Shown: one piece after another, positions 38,401 to 50,276 of the stretch | Position numbering within the stretch: position 1 is the first letter of the stretch | How the letters are laid out: each line of letters opens with the position of its first letter | NCBI GenBank assembly: GCA_030141605.1 | Contig: JAQGDQ010001095.1 | Location: 1 to 63,310, forward strand | Direction: 5' to 3' | Length of the DNA: 63,310 nt | Source: Tubiluchus corallicola | Lineage: Eukaryota; Animalia; Priapulida | Made by a program: the position numbers and the translations under genes | Notes under the pieces: generated by a model | What the model was told of the DNA's origin: nothing | Seen by the model: only the letters and a program-made list of their open reading frames with translations | The model's database searches: none

Positions 38401-41358
38401 GTCGCCTGATGGCATTTGGCGCGAATTTCGCAAGGCCAAGCTCTTCGGGATATAAGCTCTGAGCTGGGAACATGAGTGAGTTAGTCGGGCGTGAGTCAGT
38501 GAGCGGACATTGAGAGAGTCAGGAGCCAGAGAGAGGCGACACAGAGAATCTGACAGGGAGCGGAGACATCGTTTGACACCAGCGTGGAACAGGTCTACGT
38601 CCTCAGCAGATCGACTGGGCACTGGATCGATGAATAGTCTCACAATACCATTGGAGTTGACCAAGTGTACGAGAGTTGCATTGCGGTCATTCCACCGAGT
38701 TAAGTAATCTTAACGCATTTGTAACTGAGAGTAACTCTGCATAACTGTAGTTCACATTGTATTAAGCACCTTAAGTGCAGCATACTGAATATTTGTTAAG
38801 TGAATTGCTTGAGTATCTTTTTGGAGCTATACATTAGTTGTGAACGCCTACAAGCGTGTAAGGACAAATCTTGTACAGCTACCTAGATAAAAGTAAATTT
38901 GTAAACCAATAAAGCTGATTCACTTTGACGTAACTTATGAGTTCATGTATGCTTTAAAGTGTTTGAAGTTAAGCAACACAAAATCCGACATACGATCCTG
39001 TAGATTCGCATTGCATTAATTAATTAGATAAAGCTCAATTGCGGGAGCTAGGCTAGATAGCTTTAGGACGAAAGACTTTACTCACAACGTGAAGTCGAAG
39101 TGTCAGTCTTGAGGGACAAGATTATTGCCCGATAGACTCATCTAAAGCCCTAGGTAGCAATTAATTATATAGGAAGCGAATCGATTAAATTATTATACAA
39201 ATTACTTGAATACTATACGATCACAAAATACAAAATAAGAAAGTGATAACGTAATCTGTGGACTTCATAATTATACAGGCTTGAACAAACAAAATTTCAT
39301 CTGATCAGTTTGACTGTATTTGCACTTGCCCTGTATCATACCTTAGACGTCAGATTGGACTGCGTGTCAACAACGTATCCCAGTTGGTCAAACAAACTCC
39401 TTAGCTTTTCTTCGTCCACATCAGAACCTTTTCTAGTTTCTGGTTTGCAATCAATACCACAACAACCTTTTCTTACGTCAAACTCAACCATATTAATGAT
39501 CAAGCAGTAGCCACGTGGTTCGGAACCCATGCGATATACCTAATAAGTAACAACATTTGATAACAACAGTTTGCCAAGCAACAGTGACAAATCTCATGAC
39601 TTATGCTGTTTGAGACACATGCATTGATTAGAAATGTTAAACATATGCAGTAGTTAAGTGATGACCTCATGTAACAACACTAGAAATGTGGGTCTGTATT
39701 GCACAGGTTATACAGTAGTGCATGCACAGTTGGTCCAGAACGTGTAAGTTATGTGGCAACATACAAAATGTGGGGCCTAACGTGAAAATCATGACGTAAC
39801 CACATGAAATATGGACCGAGAATGTGCAGATTATGGAATACTGACTTTATTGATCCTACTGACCTCTGCTTAATGTGGAGCTGCCGAATAACCAAAACCT
39901 ACCTTCACTAAGCTTGTTCTGTTTTGAACATCAATATTGCAGATCTGCCATGGGGAGTTAAATAACATTCTGACACACAACCAGCCACATTTATTGGATG
40001 ATGAATGACCGGTACTTCTGGAAGGTTGCTTAAAGCATTAACAAGATCATGCGCATCTTCGCTAGTTTTGAAGAAATATACAGTTTTGTTGTGTGTTTGG
40101 AAAAAAATAGTAATTTAGTAATGTGGAATTAAATCAAATAAGTTAAACTAAGAAATCAAAACAATTTTTTTTTAAAATCTATGTTCAAAATGTTTTTTTT
40201 ACATTCCATCAAAGTGGCAAAATATTAATCAAAAAGACAGAATTGTTGCTATACAGAGAAGACACTGTGAATACAAATGGAATGCATCACAGACACCTCT
40301 ATGTAATATTTGCTTCCCGAATCTGTTGAGGCTTCTCCTAAATTTCAAACACAGATAAGGTCTAACTCCATGAAGAGACTGCATGATTGCCAACCACAGG
40401 TGCATCACACTGAGCAACAGCACCTCTATGTAATATTTGCTTCCCGAATCTGTTGAGGCTTCTCTTAAAATTTCAAACACAGATAAGTTCTAACTCCACG
40501 AAAAGACTGCATGATTGCCAACCACAGGTGCACCACACAGAGCAACAAAATACTAAACTGCCTACCTCACAGTGCTCTTTCATGTATAAAGCATTAACAG
40601 GCAACTTTTTGCATGCCACCTCAGACATTTCAAACATGGCTGACTTGGCCTCAGGGTCATTCCATGTCAATTGACCAAAAATTTTGGATCATCTACACCC
40701 GACCATTTTGTATTTTGATGAAACTTGGTGCGATTATTGGGCTTTTTGACAATATTTTATGTTCAAAATTTTGGGTCAATTGGTCCACCCATTCAAAAGT
40801 TATGACAATTTGAGATCTTGAGCTTTTCACACTCTTTCGCGTTAGCCCGAAATCTCAAAAATCCATATCTCAACACCTACTGAATCAAAATGCATGTGAG
40901 AGGTGTTGTTTTAATCAGAAAAAATACCTAGAATCCAAATCCAAGCTCAAATGTAAATCTATCTGATGATTTTCAGTTGATGAACTTTTAACCCAGGTTT
41001 TGACCTTGACCTTGAGACCCCTGGATAAAAAATCCTTGACCAGCAAGTTAGTGAGGATGTTGGAGAAGTGTTACATGTGTATTTGTATCTGTAATTTGTG
41101 ATAATTACAAATTGTCTTTATTTATTATTATTATTCACAAAGTAACCAAAAGGGAATATTTTTTATCAGACTTAGGAAAAGTAAACCCACTGACAACTGA
41201 GTAATTTATTTGGTTGTTTTTACGAACTTAATAACATGGCATGCGACATCAAATTAGTAACTCACATTTTCTTGAGGTGGACTCCCATATCTTGCATTCA
41301 CTCTTGTCCCTTTCAGCACCTTGACGGTAGATGGAACATTGCCACCTCCAGTTGCCAT
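28969..41358 (-). CDS. Caspase (peptidase C14A) fused to two tandem STING-like CDN-binding domains; 10 coding exons, ~703 aa
   Basis: Exons (minus): 41358-41266, 39539-39342, 37382-37223, 36260-36198, 35582-35460, 33760-33651, 31656-31555, 31342-30687, 30546-30399, 29427-28969. Total 2112 nt = 703 aa + stop. All introns GT-AG with matching phases (0,0,1,1,1,0,0,2,0). Caspase motifs: YRMGSEPRGYCLII, RKGSDVD, ILTHG, GKPKIFIIQACRG, STVSGYVSWR, QVPELESSLMKRLFF. STING-like motifs: LAYWHWIGY, AGMKGRKY, VAVDYPSAIKAI, FHKTLQDIV; then KLLVLLPSSC, STVYKL, IAEFATPLRFL, FCIRLESLL. Confidence 0.88.
30399..30546 (-). CDS. STING-like domain 2 N-terminal helices plus acidic insertion (RYAGHYFHNYSINLQERLNQFK...DSDDDDDEDDE)
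   Basis: cag/gtatgc boundaries, phase 2-0; NLQERLNQFK resembles STING ELQARIRTYN. Confidence 0.8.
30687..31342 (-). CDS. STING-like domain 1 and start of STING-like domain 2
   Basis: 656-nt open exon. Manual alignment to the STING ligand-binding domain: LAYWHWIGY ~ LAWSYYIGY; AGMKGRKY ~ AGIKDRVY; VDYPSAIKAI ~ LEYATPLQTL; FHKTLQDIV ~ FCRTLEDIL. Confidence 0.85.
31555..31656 (-). CDS. Caspase C-terminal exon without a stop (VHRQVFAGFEKDPDTQVPELESSLMKRLFFNPPL)
   Basis: Q.PE..S.L.K.L.F caspase C-terminal motif; ends in gtaagt donor at phase 0, leading into the STING exon. Confidence 0.88.
33110..33410 (-). mobile_element. Possible decayed hAT transposase fragment (intronic)
   Basis: IAVNGQPLNIINNKGLQ weakly resembles the hAT I..D..P..VE..GF motif; interrupted by stops. 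Confidence 0.3.
33651..33760 (-). CDS. Caspase small-subunit exon (GYVSWRSETEGTSFIRKLVTEFAQNASCLHIHELMTR)
   Basis: GY.SWR....G(S/T).FI motif; cag/gtgagt boundaries. Confidence 0.93.
35460..35582 (-). CDS. Caspase intersubunit linker and start of small subunit (AGADHEYDKLTQDSAIAKQRMPQKTKQPSVGNTIVCRSTVSG)
   Basis: 123-nt exon, phase 1-1; candidate processing Asp (TQD/S); ST..G motif of the small subunit. Confidence 0.85.
36198..36260 (-). CDS. Caspase exon with catalytic Cys (GSSAVDLLGKPKIFIIQACRG)
   Basis: 63-nt exon, ttag/gtaggt boundaries, phase 1-1. Too short to appear in the ORF track. Confidence 0.95.
36410..36770. repeat. ~90-bp purine-rich tandem repeat (4 copies; 2 copies in the duplicate at ~26735-26910)
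   Basis: gagtgaatgaaagaatggttagggttagtagacatg... repeated, intronic. Confidence 0.85.
37223..37382 (-). CDS. Caspase exon with catalytic His (DSCVVAILTHGDKG)
   Basis: D.C.V.IL(S/T)HG motif; poly-T cag acceptor; donor gtaggc at phase 1. Confidence 0.92.
37972..39086. mobile_element. Probable solo LTR (~1.1 kb) in a caspase intron
   Basis: TG...CA termini flanked by 4-bp duplication ACGT; GC-richer than the flanks; internal TATAA and AATAAA. Confidence 0.65.
39342..39539 (-). CDS. Caspase large-subunit exon (VYRMGSEPRGYCLIINMVEF...RKGSDVDEEKLRSLFDQLGY...NLTSK)
   Basis: Classic caspase N-terminal motifs Y.M...PRG.CLIIN and R.GS..D...L..LF..LG; ag/gtatga boundaries. Confidence 0.93.
40293..40547. 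repeat. 128-bp tandem duplication
   Basis: cacctctatgtaatatttgcttcccgaatc... occurs twice. Confidence 0.85.
41266..41358 (-). CDS. Caspase-STING gene, probable first coding exon (MATGGGNVPSTVKVLKGTRVNARYGSPPQEN)
   Basis: Acceptor tttttcag, then CCATGG context, open frame, donor GTGAGT at phase 0 joining VYRM. Further upstream coding exons cannot be excluded. Confidence 0.7.
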
Positions 41359-41628
41359 GGCTGAAAAATGGCGGTCAGTGTTCTATGTGATGCACTGAAA
41401 AAAGAACCAAAATGCTTGTTTACATGGTTAACAAGTTGGCACCAAGGGAGAGCAAGCCTCCACCACAAAAAGCAAAGAAGTACAAACACTGAAATGTCTT
41501 GTAAAATCGCACATGAATCTAATTTGTTGTGTGTGGGAATTGCAAACTTTAGCCTAATCATCATAATGCAATAAATTTAGTACACTAGGCTGCTGCTTTG
41601 GTGTATGTACTTATTAACAGGGTGCAGA

Positions 41629-41858
41629 ACCTGGGAACTGTGTTGTTTTTAAACAATTTACCCCTAAATTGCACCAATTGTTTTAAATGCCGCACGTGCA
41701 TATAAATTTATAACATTTTAATAAACTTATTAATAGTTTGCAGAACAGTAATAATTATAAGTTTATTAAAATGTTATAAATTTATATGCACGTGCGGCAT
41801 TTAAATCTACGGGTGCAATTTAGGGATAAATTGTTTAAAAACACCACAGTTCTCAGGT
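41629..41858. mobile_element. Foldback MITE / long hairpin
   Basis: acctgggaactgtg...cacagttctcaggt with ~105-bp complementary arms. Confidence 0.75.
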
Positions 41859-42316
41859 CTTACTGGGTCCACTGTCAGTGCTGCTAGTCAGTTAATTCCA
41901 ACTTGCATTATAAATATATCACCTAGCTGACATATTCGAAAACAAGAATATACAACAGTCTAGACATTTCGTTTAAATATGAATTAGCTGCACACTGTCA
42001 ATTTACTGTGAGTAAAATTTCTAAAAGTTGATATCTTGGTGATGGTGATTTATGTCCGAGAATTGCTATAAACAATCCAAGTGTAGTAGTGACCTGTGTG
42101 GAAGTTGTAATTGTACATTTTAATTAGGTGCTGCCATCTATGAACTAATCCTGTTACATTCTACCAGCTAACTTACCCCCAGTATAATTGTACGGACCAG
42201 TGAGTGCATATTCACTGGTTCTCTCCCTATTTTAAAGTAATGGTTTTTGTGAAGCCTTTGCAAGTCTGCATAGGTCAAGTCCTATACCTGTATATACTGA
42301 CTGTTTTTACTTTCTA

Positions 42317-43983
42317 GTCACTCTCACTCTCAGTGTTCAGTGCAGGACTCTCACTCTCAGTGTTCAGTGCAGGAGACTCTCGCTCTCAGTGTTCAGGACT
42401 CTCAGTGTTCAGGACTCTCACTCTCAGTGTTCAGGACTCTCACACTCTCACTCTCAGTGTTCAGGACTCTCACTCTCAGTGTTCAGTGCAGGACACTCTC
42501 ACTCTCAGTGTTCAGTGCAGGACACTCTCACTCTCAGTGTTCAGGACTCTCACTCTCAGTGTTCAGTGCAAGACACTCTCACTCTCAGTGTTCAGGACTC
42601 TCACTCTCAGTGTTCAGTGCAGGACACTCTCACTCTCAGTGTTCAGGACTCTCAATCTCAGTGTTCAGGACTCTCACTCTCAGTGTTCAGGACTCTCATT
42701 CTCAGTGTTCAGGACTCTCACTTTCAGTGTTCAGGACTCTCACTCTCAGTGTTCAGGACTCTCACACTCTCACTCTCAGTGTTCAGTGCAGGACACTCTC
42801 ACTCTCAGTGTTCAGGACTCTCACTCTCAGTGTTCAGTGCAGGACACTCTCACTCTCAGTGTTCAGGATTCTCACTCTCAGTGTTCAGGACTCTCACTCT
42901 CAGTGTTCAGGACTCTCACTCTCAGTGTTCATAACTCTCACTCTCAGTGTTCAGGACTCTCACTCTCAGTGTTCAGGACTCTCACTCTCAGTGTTCAGGA
43001 CACTCACTTTCAGTGTTCAGGACTCTCACACTCTCACTCTCAGTGTTCAGGACTCTCACACTCTCACTCTCAGTGTTCAGTGCAGGACACTCTCACTCTC
43101 AGTGTTCAGGGCTCTCACTCTCAGTGTTCAGGACACTCTCACTCTCAGTGTTCAGGACTCTCACTCTCAGTGTTCAGGACTCTCACTCTCAGTGTTCAGG
43201 ACTCTCACTCTCAGTGTTCAGGACTCTCACTCTCAGTGTTAGTGCAGGAGACTCTCACTCTCAGTGTTCAGGACTCTCACTCTCAGTGTTCAGGACTCTC
43301 ACTCTCAGTGTTCAGGACTCTCACTCTCAGTGTTCAGGACTCTCACTCTCAGTGTTCAGTGCAGGAGACTCTCGCTCTCACTGTGTTCAGTGCAGGAGAC
43401 TCTCGCTCTCATTCTCAGTGTTCAGTGCAGGAGACTGTCGCTCTCATTCTCAGTGTTCAGTGCAGGAGACTCTCGCTCTCACTCTCAGTGTTCAGTGCAG
43501 GAGACTCTCGCTCTCATTCTCAGTGTTCAGTGCAGGAGACTCTCGCTCTCATTCTCAGTGTTCAGTGCAGGAGACTCTCACTCTCACTCTCAGTGTTCAG
43601 TGCAGGAGACTCTCACTCTAACTCTCAGTGTTCAGTGCAGGAGACTCTCGCTCTCACTCTCAGTGTTCAGTGCAGGAGACTCTCGCTCTCACTCTCAGTG
43701 TTCAGTGCAGGAGACTCTCGCTCTCAATATCAGTGTTCAGTGCAGGAGACTCTCACTCTCAGTGTTCAGTGCAGGAGACTCTCGCTCTCATTCTCAGTGT
43801 TCAGTGCAGGAGACTCTCGCTCTCAATATCAGTGTTCAGTGCAGGAGACTCTCGCTCTCATTCTCAGTGTTCAGTGCAGGAGACTCTCGCTCTCATTCTC
43901 AGTGTTCAGTGCAGGAGACTCTCGCTCTCACTCTCAGTGTTCAGTGCAGGAGACTCTCGCTCTCACTCTCAGTGTTCAGTGCA
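42317..43983. repeat. Compound 22-35-bp minisatellite built on ctctcagtgttcag
   Basis: Directly visible; it produces the overlapping low-complexity ORFs here. Confidence 0.95.
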
Positions 43984-44361
43984 GCAGTCATTCTATCCAT
44001 GTGTCTGTAGTTTTAATAAACACTTTTCTGTTTTGTGCAGTGCAAATATGTATTAAAGATTTTTTTATTCTTGTTCTACAAGTGAGTGATCTACAACTTC
44101 AAACATGACTTTCACAACCTGCATGTTTGTGCAAATAAATCCATTTTTAATAATGGCCAAATCGTGTAAGCCGGAAAGTCGTAACAACAAAAACTTTAAA
44201 AATAACCCTAACATACACGTTTGAAAACAAATTAACGGACACACCCAAAATCAGGCAGCACGAACAGATTAGAACATTGCCCGTCGGAAGACCTCATACA
44301 TTCTTGCTCCACCGGAAGACCTCATAAATTTTCCTGCGCAACTAACTTACAAACACATGTT

Positions 44362-45676
44362 CAGGGGCGGAACTAGATTTGACAAGCAGGGGGGCGCAAA
44401 AATTTTCTGGGAAGGAGAGGTATCCGAAGTGGTTAAATAACGATTAAGCCAATTTTAACCCCTTTTATACTGCATGCAGGCCTATAATTAGCGTGTGTGT
44501 AGGACGGCGTAGAGGACAGAGTAATAATGAGAAAATTAACTCTCAGTTAACCTAACGTTATTAATGTGCCTCTAGCTAAATTGTTATTTACAGAAATTTA
44601 TCACACAAGTTTTAAGAAAATAATACGGAGGAAATAATGTCAAAATGAAATGTGGAACGGTACTTCCGTGGACAAAAAAGTGTAAAGTTTTCTGCCTTTT
44701 TCTAGGTTGTACAAGTTTGTCGCCTTCCCTATTCCCAGACATGTTGCGCAGATTTCTGAAACAATTTTGATTAATTTTTGTTCTATCACAAACCATTCAA
44801 TATCACATGATATTCGACACTTTATAAAGTTCACATTCTATAAAGGCAGGTTGATATACATTTTGCCAAGTAGCCCGAATTACACAAATACAGAACTACA
44901 ATAAATTATATGAAGCAATGAAATGAAATTATTACTATAGTGTGTTTAGCAAATTTGTTTTGGCGTGCTGTACCGTACAGAAGGTTTAGGCCTATTCCAA
45001 GTTTAGTGCCGTAACGCTGCTACGCCATGAGAGCTATACGCACAGGGGCACTCAAATTTCAACCTGTGCTGACGCAATCAGAATGGTCACATGACCGGGG
45101 ATTGTTTGGCGCGCACGGGTCTGCAGGAGACGAGTGTAAAAAAGGACGGACATGTTTGTTTAGATTACTAGTGTTATAAAAGGTTTCGTTAACGTCTTTG
45201 TTTGTGAAATTGTCATGGAAGTTTTTGTTTCACACCTCAAGTTGTGTAATACAGAAGATAAATCAATATACATTTAATATCAATATAAATAGTGATCAAT
45301 ACACAAATGTTTGTGGCAAGTTTCGACTGTTTTACGATTTTCGATATACAAGTAAATTATAGATAATTAGCTCTAAAACTTGGGCAAAGTGACAGGGCAT
45401 CGCCACAGTACCGCTGCTCTACCAGCTTCCCATAGCTCTGCACACAGACCTGTTGGCCTGTGTGTGGTCCCTGTAGGCCTACACTGTGATAGGCACCTCT
45501 ATGCACACTGAGTTTTGTCTGCACGCACACTGAAGCTACCAAACATTTTTTTTACCTAATTTTAATTCATATTGAAAATGATTACATGCGAACTGCAATT
45601 TTCACTGCAAAAAAAATTATTTGTCCGATTTTGCAGGGGGCGCCCCCCCCCTCGCTCCTCCCTAGTTCCGCCCTTG
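44362..45676. mobile_element. Non-autonomous DNA transposon (hAT-like TIRs)
   Basis: caggggcggaactag ... ctagttccgcccttg terminal inverted repeats; no clean TSD seen. Confidence 0.55.
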
Positions 45677-45694
45677 CAGTTAGCGCCCCCCTAG

Positions 45695-45970
45695 TTGCTG
45701 CTGTTACATACTGTAAACACACGCCCAGCTGCTTGCAAAACTGTTCAACTCAGGCTGCTGTTACATACTGTGAACACACGCCTACGTGCTTGCAACAAGC
45801 AAAAGTGTTCAACTCAGGCTGCTGTTACATACTGTGAACTCACGCCTAGGTGGTTGCACAACTGTTCAACTCAGGCTGCTGTTACATACTGTGAACACAC
45901 GCCCAGCTGCTTGCAAAACTGTTCAACTCAGGCTGCTGTTACGTGCTGTGAACACACTCCCAGGTGCTGC
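45695..45970. repeat. ~58-bp tandem repeat (~5 copies)
   Basis: gctgctgttacatactgtgaacacacgcc...ctgttcaactcag repeated. Confidence 0.85.
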
Positions 45971-46744
45971 TAAATTACCTTTCTAATAATAACCTGAGAT
46001 AATTAGCACAGAGCAGATTAACGTCGCTGCTACGATGGGTTGCTATACAACCGCAAAGCAAAATTTTTATTCATTAGTCTGTTTCTTCAACTTTTTCAAA
46101 TCCAGATAACGAAAAAAACAACAGAACTTTGTTCTTATACGATTCAGTTTTACGTTGACAGTCTCTTTTCGGAATTTCATTGAATTTAGAGGTTTGAAAG
46201 TTCAGTTAATAAGAATTTCTTTTTAGCCGTCACAGATGAGGGGGGGGGTAAATATATGTAAATATATATGCTTGTCAGGCAGGAGTTGAGGTCAGTAAAT
46301 TTTGTTTTTCATCAGATAATGACCATGCATTTTACAGCACGATTTTACCATGGCAATGAGTTAACAGTTGTTGACATTTCACTAATAAGAGCCATTGATT
46401 TTCCCTGACAAGATTTTTGACTTCATATGAATAAGTTCTTATACAATTATAGAGATAAATCAAAAGAGATATTTCAGCTAATTGTAAAGTAGTAATGCTT
46501 ACATCACGAGTATGGTGTAAACCAATGTGACAGAGGGGAGTGTTGGCACAATTGAAACCATAGTGCTCTTACATGATATCTAACTTAGGGTAATCGGCAA
46601 TATTTCTTTAGGGATAGTCAGTCTTGTTGTTGGCAGCAAAAATGACACAAAAACAGAAACTGGAAATTAATAATGGAAGGCCTGATGGAATTTGAGTAAA
46701 TTTGCTACGAATGTAATAATATTACAATCATAATGTAGCAGATT

Positions 46745-47046
46745 AAGCCACTTAGCAGGCCTACAGTTGGCCTACGTTCATGGCTCACAAACATGGAAAC
46801 TCATTAGAATAACCTAATCTAGCCACTTAGTAGGCCTACAGTTGGCCTACGTTTATGGCTCACAAGCGTAGAAACCCATATTACAATAACCTAATCTAGT
46901 CACATAGTAGGCCTACAGTTGGCCTATGTTTATGGCACACAAGTGTAGAAACCCATATTAGAATAACCTAATCTAGTCACATAGTAGGCCTACAGTTGGC
47001 CTATATTTATGGCCCACAAGCAAAGAAACTCATATTAGAATAACCT
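46745..47046. repeat. ~77-bp tandem repeat (4 copies)
   Basis: taggcctacagttggccta...aataacctaatctag repeated. Confidence 0.85.
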
Positions 47047-48324
47047 GCTATTCATTTGTGTTAATATCTAGCTAACAAAAATGTTTTAAAAAAATTGCAT
47101 TAGTTTGAGAAAGTAAAATCTGAATTTTTAATTTTTTTAAACTATAATTTTTTATATTAAATTTCTTCTAAGATCAAGGACTTAAAATGAAACACCTTTA
47201 ACAATAAACATTAGCATACTTGTATGATTATATGCTTCGATGATACTATCTTCCATGTGTATTTAGTAATAGTCACTATTAATCATCGAAATAGTTTAGA
47301 TTTAAGAGAGCCCTGTTCTGCAAATATGTAAACTTTCAGTTAACAAAAATGTTTTAAATAAATTATAATAATCTGGGAATATTTAAGCTGCAATATTTAA
47401 AAAATTCAAGTTTAAATTTTATAAAAAAATTTTAAATTAAATTTTCTTAAAATGAAACGTTTCAGTCATAAAACATCAGCATGTATTAATAAAATGTATT
47501 TAAACTGTAATAGTAACTGTTAATCACCGAAATAGTTTACATAAGAACACCCTGCTGTGCATGTAAACTTCCAGCTAACAAAAATGTTTGGAATAAATTC
47601 TGGTCAACTCAACTCAAAATCAAATCAAATTTATTTATATTTGACGTAAATAACAAACATATTGGTATACAAGTAAAATTACGAGTATATATTAGTAAAA
47701 AAAACTACTTAAATGGGACGGGGTGGCGAAAACGTGACGTTACCGAATCAGACACCCCTAATAGTTTGAGCATACTACACGTGGGACGAAAAATAAAAAA
47801 AATCGGTTACATTCACGTTTAAATTAGCTGGGATTCGTTTAAGAAACACCCAAAATGAGGCTACAAATTTATGCCACGTAGTTGCCTGTGTCCGCCATGT
47901 TGGAAGTTTTAAAATTATTTTCTTACCTCACAAGTTTGTACGAATATAACATCGGTCAGTAATAATAGTATAAAATACTTACACTAGAGTCTTCTAAATA
48001 ACATTATTCAGGTAAAAAACACAAATGACAATAATAATAACTATTCACACAGTAAAATAATAGTATTAACACTTTACACTACAAAAAAGGGATGACGCCA
48101 TACTTACAATCGCTCAGACAAAAAGCAGACTGTATCTCGCTTATCTGCTTGTACAGTGGGCGTTGTTTAGTAGCAGGCTTAAGCTAACATGTTTAGCTCA
48201 ATATAAAAGTTTTATCAACTGTTAATGCCCATGTGGGCCGAAAATGAGTCATATTCGTTAACCAAAGCTGCCGAAGTGAATTCTCTCTTTCCCACTTACT
48301 CTACCAAGCCCTGATGTGTCATTC

Positions 48325-48600
48325 CCATTTCCTCTCTCTCTTTTCTCTATTTCTATTTCTGTCTTTCTTTGTCTCCCCATTTTATTTTTTCTCTTCCCTT
48401 CTCTTTGTCACTCTCTCTCTCTCTCTCTCTCTCTCTTTCATCCTCTCTACTCCCTCTCTGAGTCCGCCTACTTTCTTTTTTTTCTCTCCATCTTTTTCTT
48501 TCTATCCCCCTCTCTTTCTGCTCTCTCACATTCTCTACTTTCTCTCATTTTCTTTCTCCCTCTCTCTTGCACCTTCACTTTTCCCTTTGTCTTTCGACGT

Positions 48601-48663
<63 letters not shown>

Positions 48664-48705
48664 ACTCTTTTTCGGGTTTTAATTCTTTTCTCTTTTTATT
48701 TTCCG
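48325..48705. repeat. CT-rich low-complexity region and (CT)n microsatellite
   Basis: Polypyrimidine tract containing a long (ct)n run. Confidence 0.9.
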
Positions 48706-50276
48706 TGAGCTTGAGCTGTTGTATGTATGTGTGTTGTTGAAAATTATGTTAGTTTGTGACGTCATCAAAAGGTGGGGTCGATCACCGTTAATTAAGTTTT
48801 TAATCTATTGTTTAATTGTTATAACCGCTTTTGCAGTATTAATTGTGTTAAAATATATTCTTTTTATCGTACTTGATAATGGTAGTATATGAAAAATCAT
48901 CGTGTCTTTCTTTAAACTTATAATTTACTCTTACAAGTAAATAAAACTGTTTTACAGCTAAGTTTAAAAATGCATAAAAATTTATTAAGTTATAAAAATC
49001 GTAAAACAATCACGCAGTATTAATGAGTATTGTGCAGTATGACTATGACAAAGACGCTACTGACATCATGCGTACGTTTTAGCTACAAAATCACTTAGAT
49101 CTAAACAAAATTATAGTAACGGATTTGGCCGCTAGGCGGCAGCACCATACCACAACTCTGATTTACAAATTCCCTTGGAAATCACATAAACATTATAAAA
49201 CAATTCAAACTGTAAGTTCTATAAACGTTCACCAGAAAGAAAACCAATGTAAGCTATCACTACGATGGTTTTCAATGGTTTACTAGAAAAGTGATGGTTT
49301 GTCGCCATAAATACCGTAAATCTACTTCAAAACTACACTAAATGTTATCACAAAAGTTTGGAATTTATCAACTTCAACTCGTCAAAACCAAATCTTCCTC
49401 CAGACCGATAGCCCATGATTAAGATTAATCGTTTCTTAGCATGGAAGAACTGGTACAATAATTTAAATTGCTATTATATAAGAAAGGCCACGGGAAGTGG
49501 GGCGTGTGAGGCCCCTGGGGGGGGGGACGAAACGCGGAGGGGCGGTGTTTTTTTGAACTGCTAGAATGCCGGAGAAGCATTTTCGAAGAGAAAATATGGA
49601 GTTATACAGTTGTTAAAGGAAAGAACAATTGAAAGAAAAACTGCTTTATTCTCAAGACCAGTCCTTAATACAAATCAAAAACAACATCTTTGCAATATGT
49701 CATACCGTACTCTCACTTCCGTACAAGCCTGTGTTAGAAATTCCGAAATTGAAAACAGCTGAACATCGGTGCTCGTGCGGCAAGAGAGGGAGGGGGAGGG
49801 AAGAGGTAGTATGTTCGCATAAAGCAAAAAAGTTACCTCGGTGCGAGCCTCTCCTAGAGGGTGAGGCCCCGGGGAAGTATCCCCACTCCCCCCCCCTTGA
49901 AATAGGGCCTGCAATTAACAGATTTCTACGAAAGAAGCGTGAAGAAAGTGGGTAATGGACAACTCGCAATGCTTCAAGATTACAATGCAAACAACAACTT
50001 AACATATGGCAAGCCTTAATATTCTTTTTATCATGCCACTGTTTTATTTGTTATTGTATTGTTGCTTGGTGTTGTCATAATTGTTATGATATAAAAAATA
50101 TGATCTAAAAAAGTAAAAAAAACTAACTGAATAAAAGCACGCAGGAAGCAGAATTTGCAAAGAAAACATCAATGTTCAATGTTCGCATGTAAATTGGCAA
50201 GGATTAATACAACGACAAGCGAATTTAAATATATGAGGTTTTCAGCAAATGCTTCAAACCCTATAGCAATTACTGA

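Noticed and set aside
40566-40670. Alternative first exon (MFEMSEVACKK...EHCE)
   Set aside because: It abuts a repeat and has an upstream in-frame stop; 41358-41266 has a better acceptor, start context and donor.
42333-44108. 591-aa and overlapping ORFs
   Set aside because: All three frames are open because of a stop-free minisatellite; no protein signal.
48314-48708. Hydrophobic or charged ORFs
   Set aside because: Translation of a CT microsatellite.
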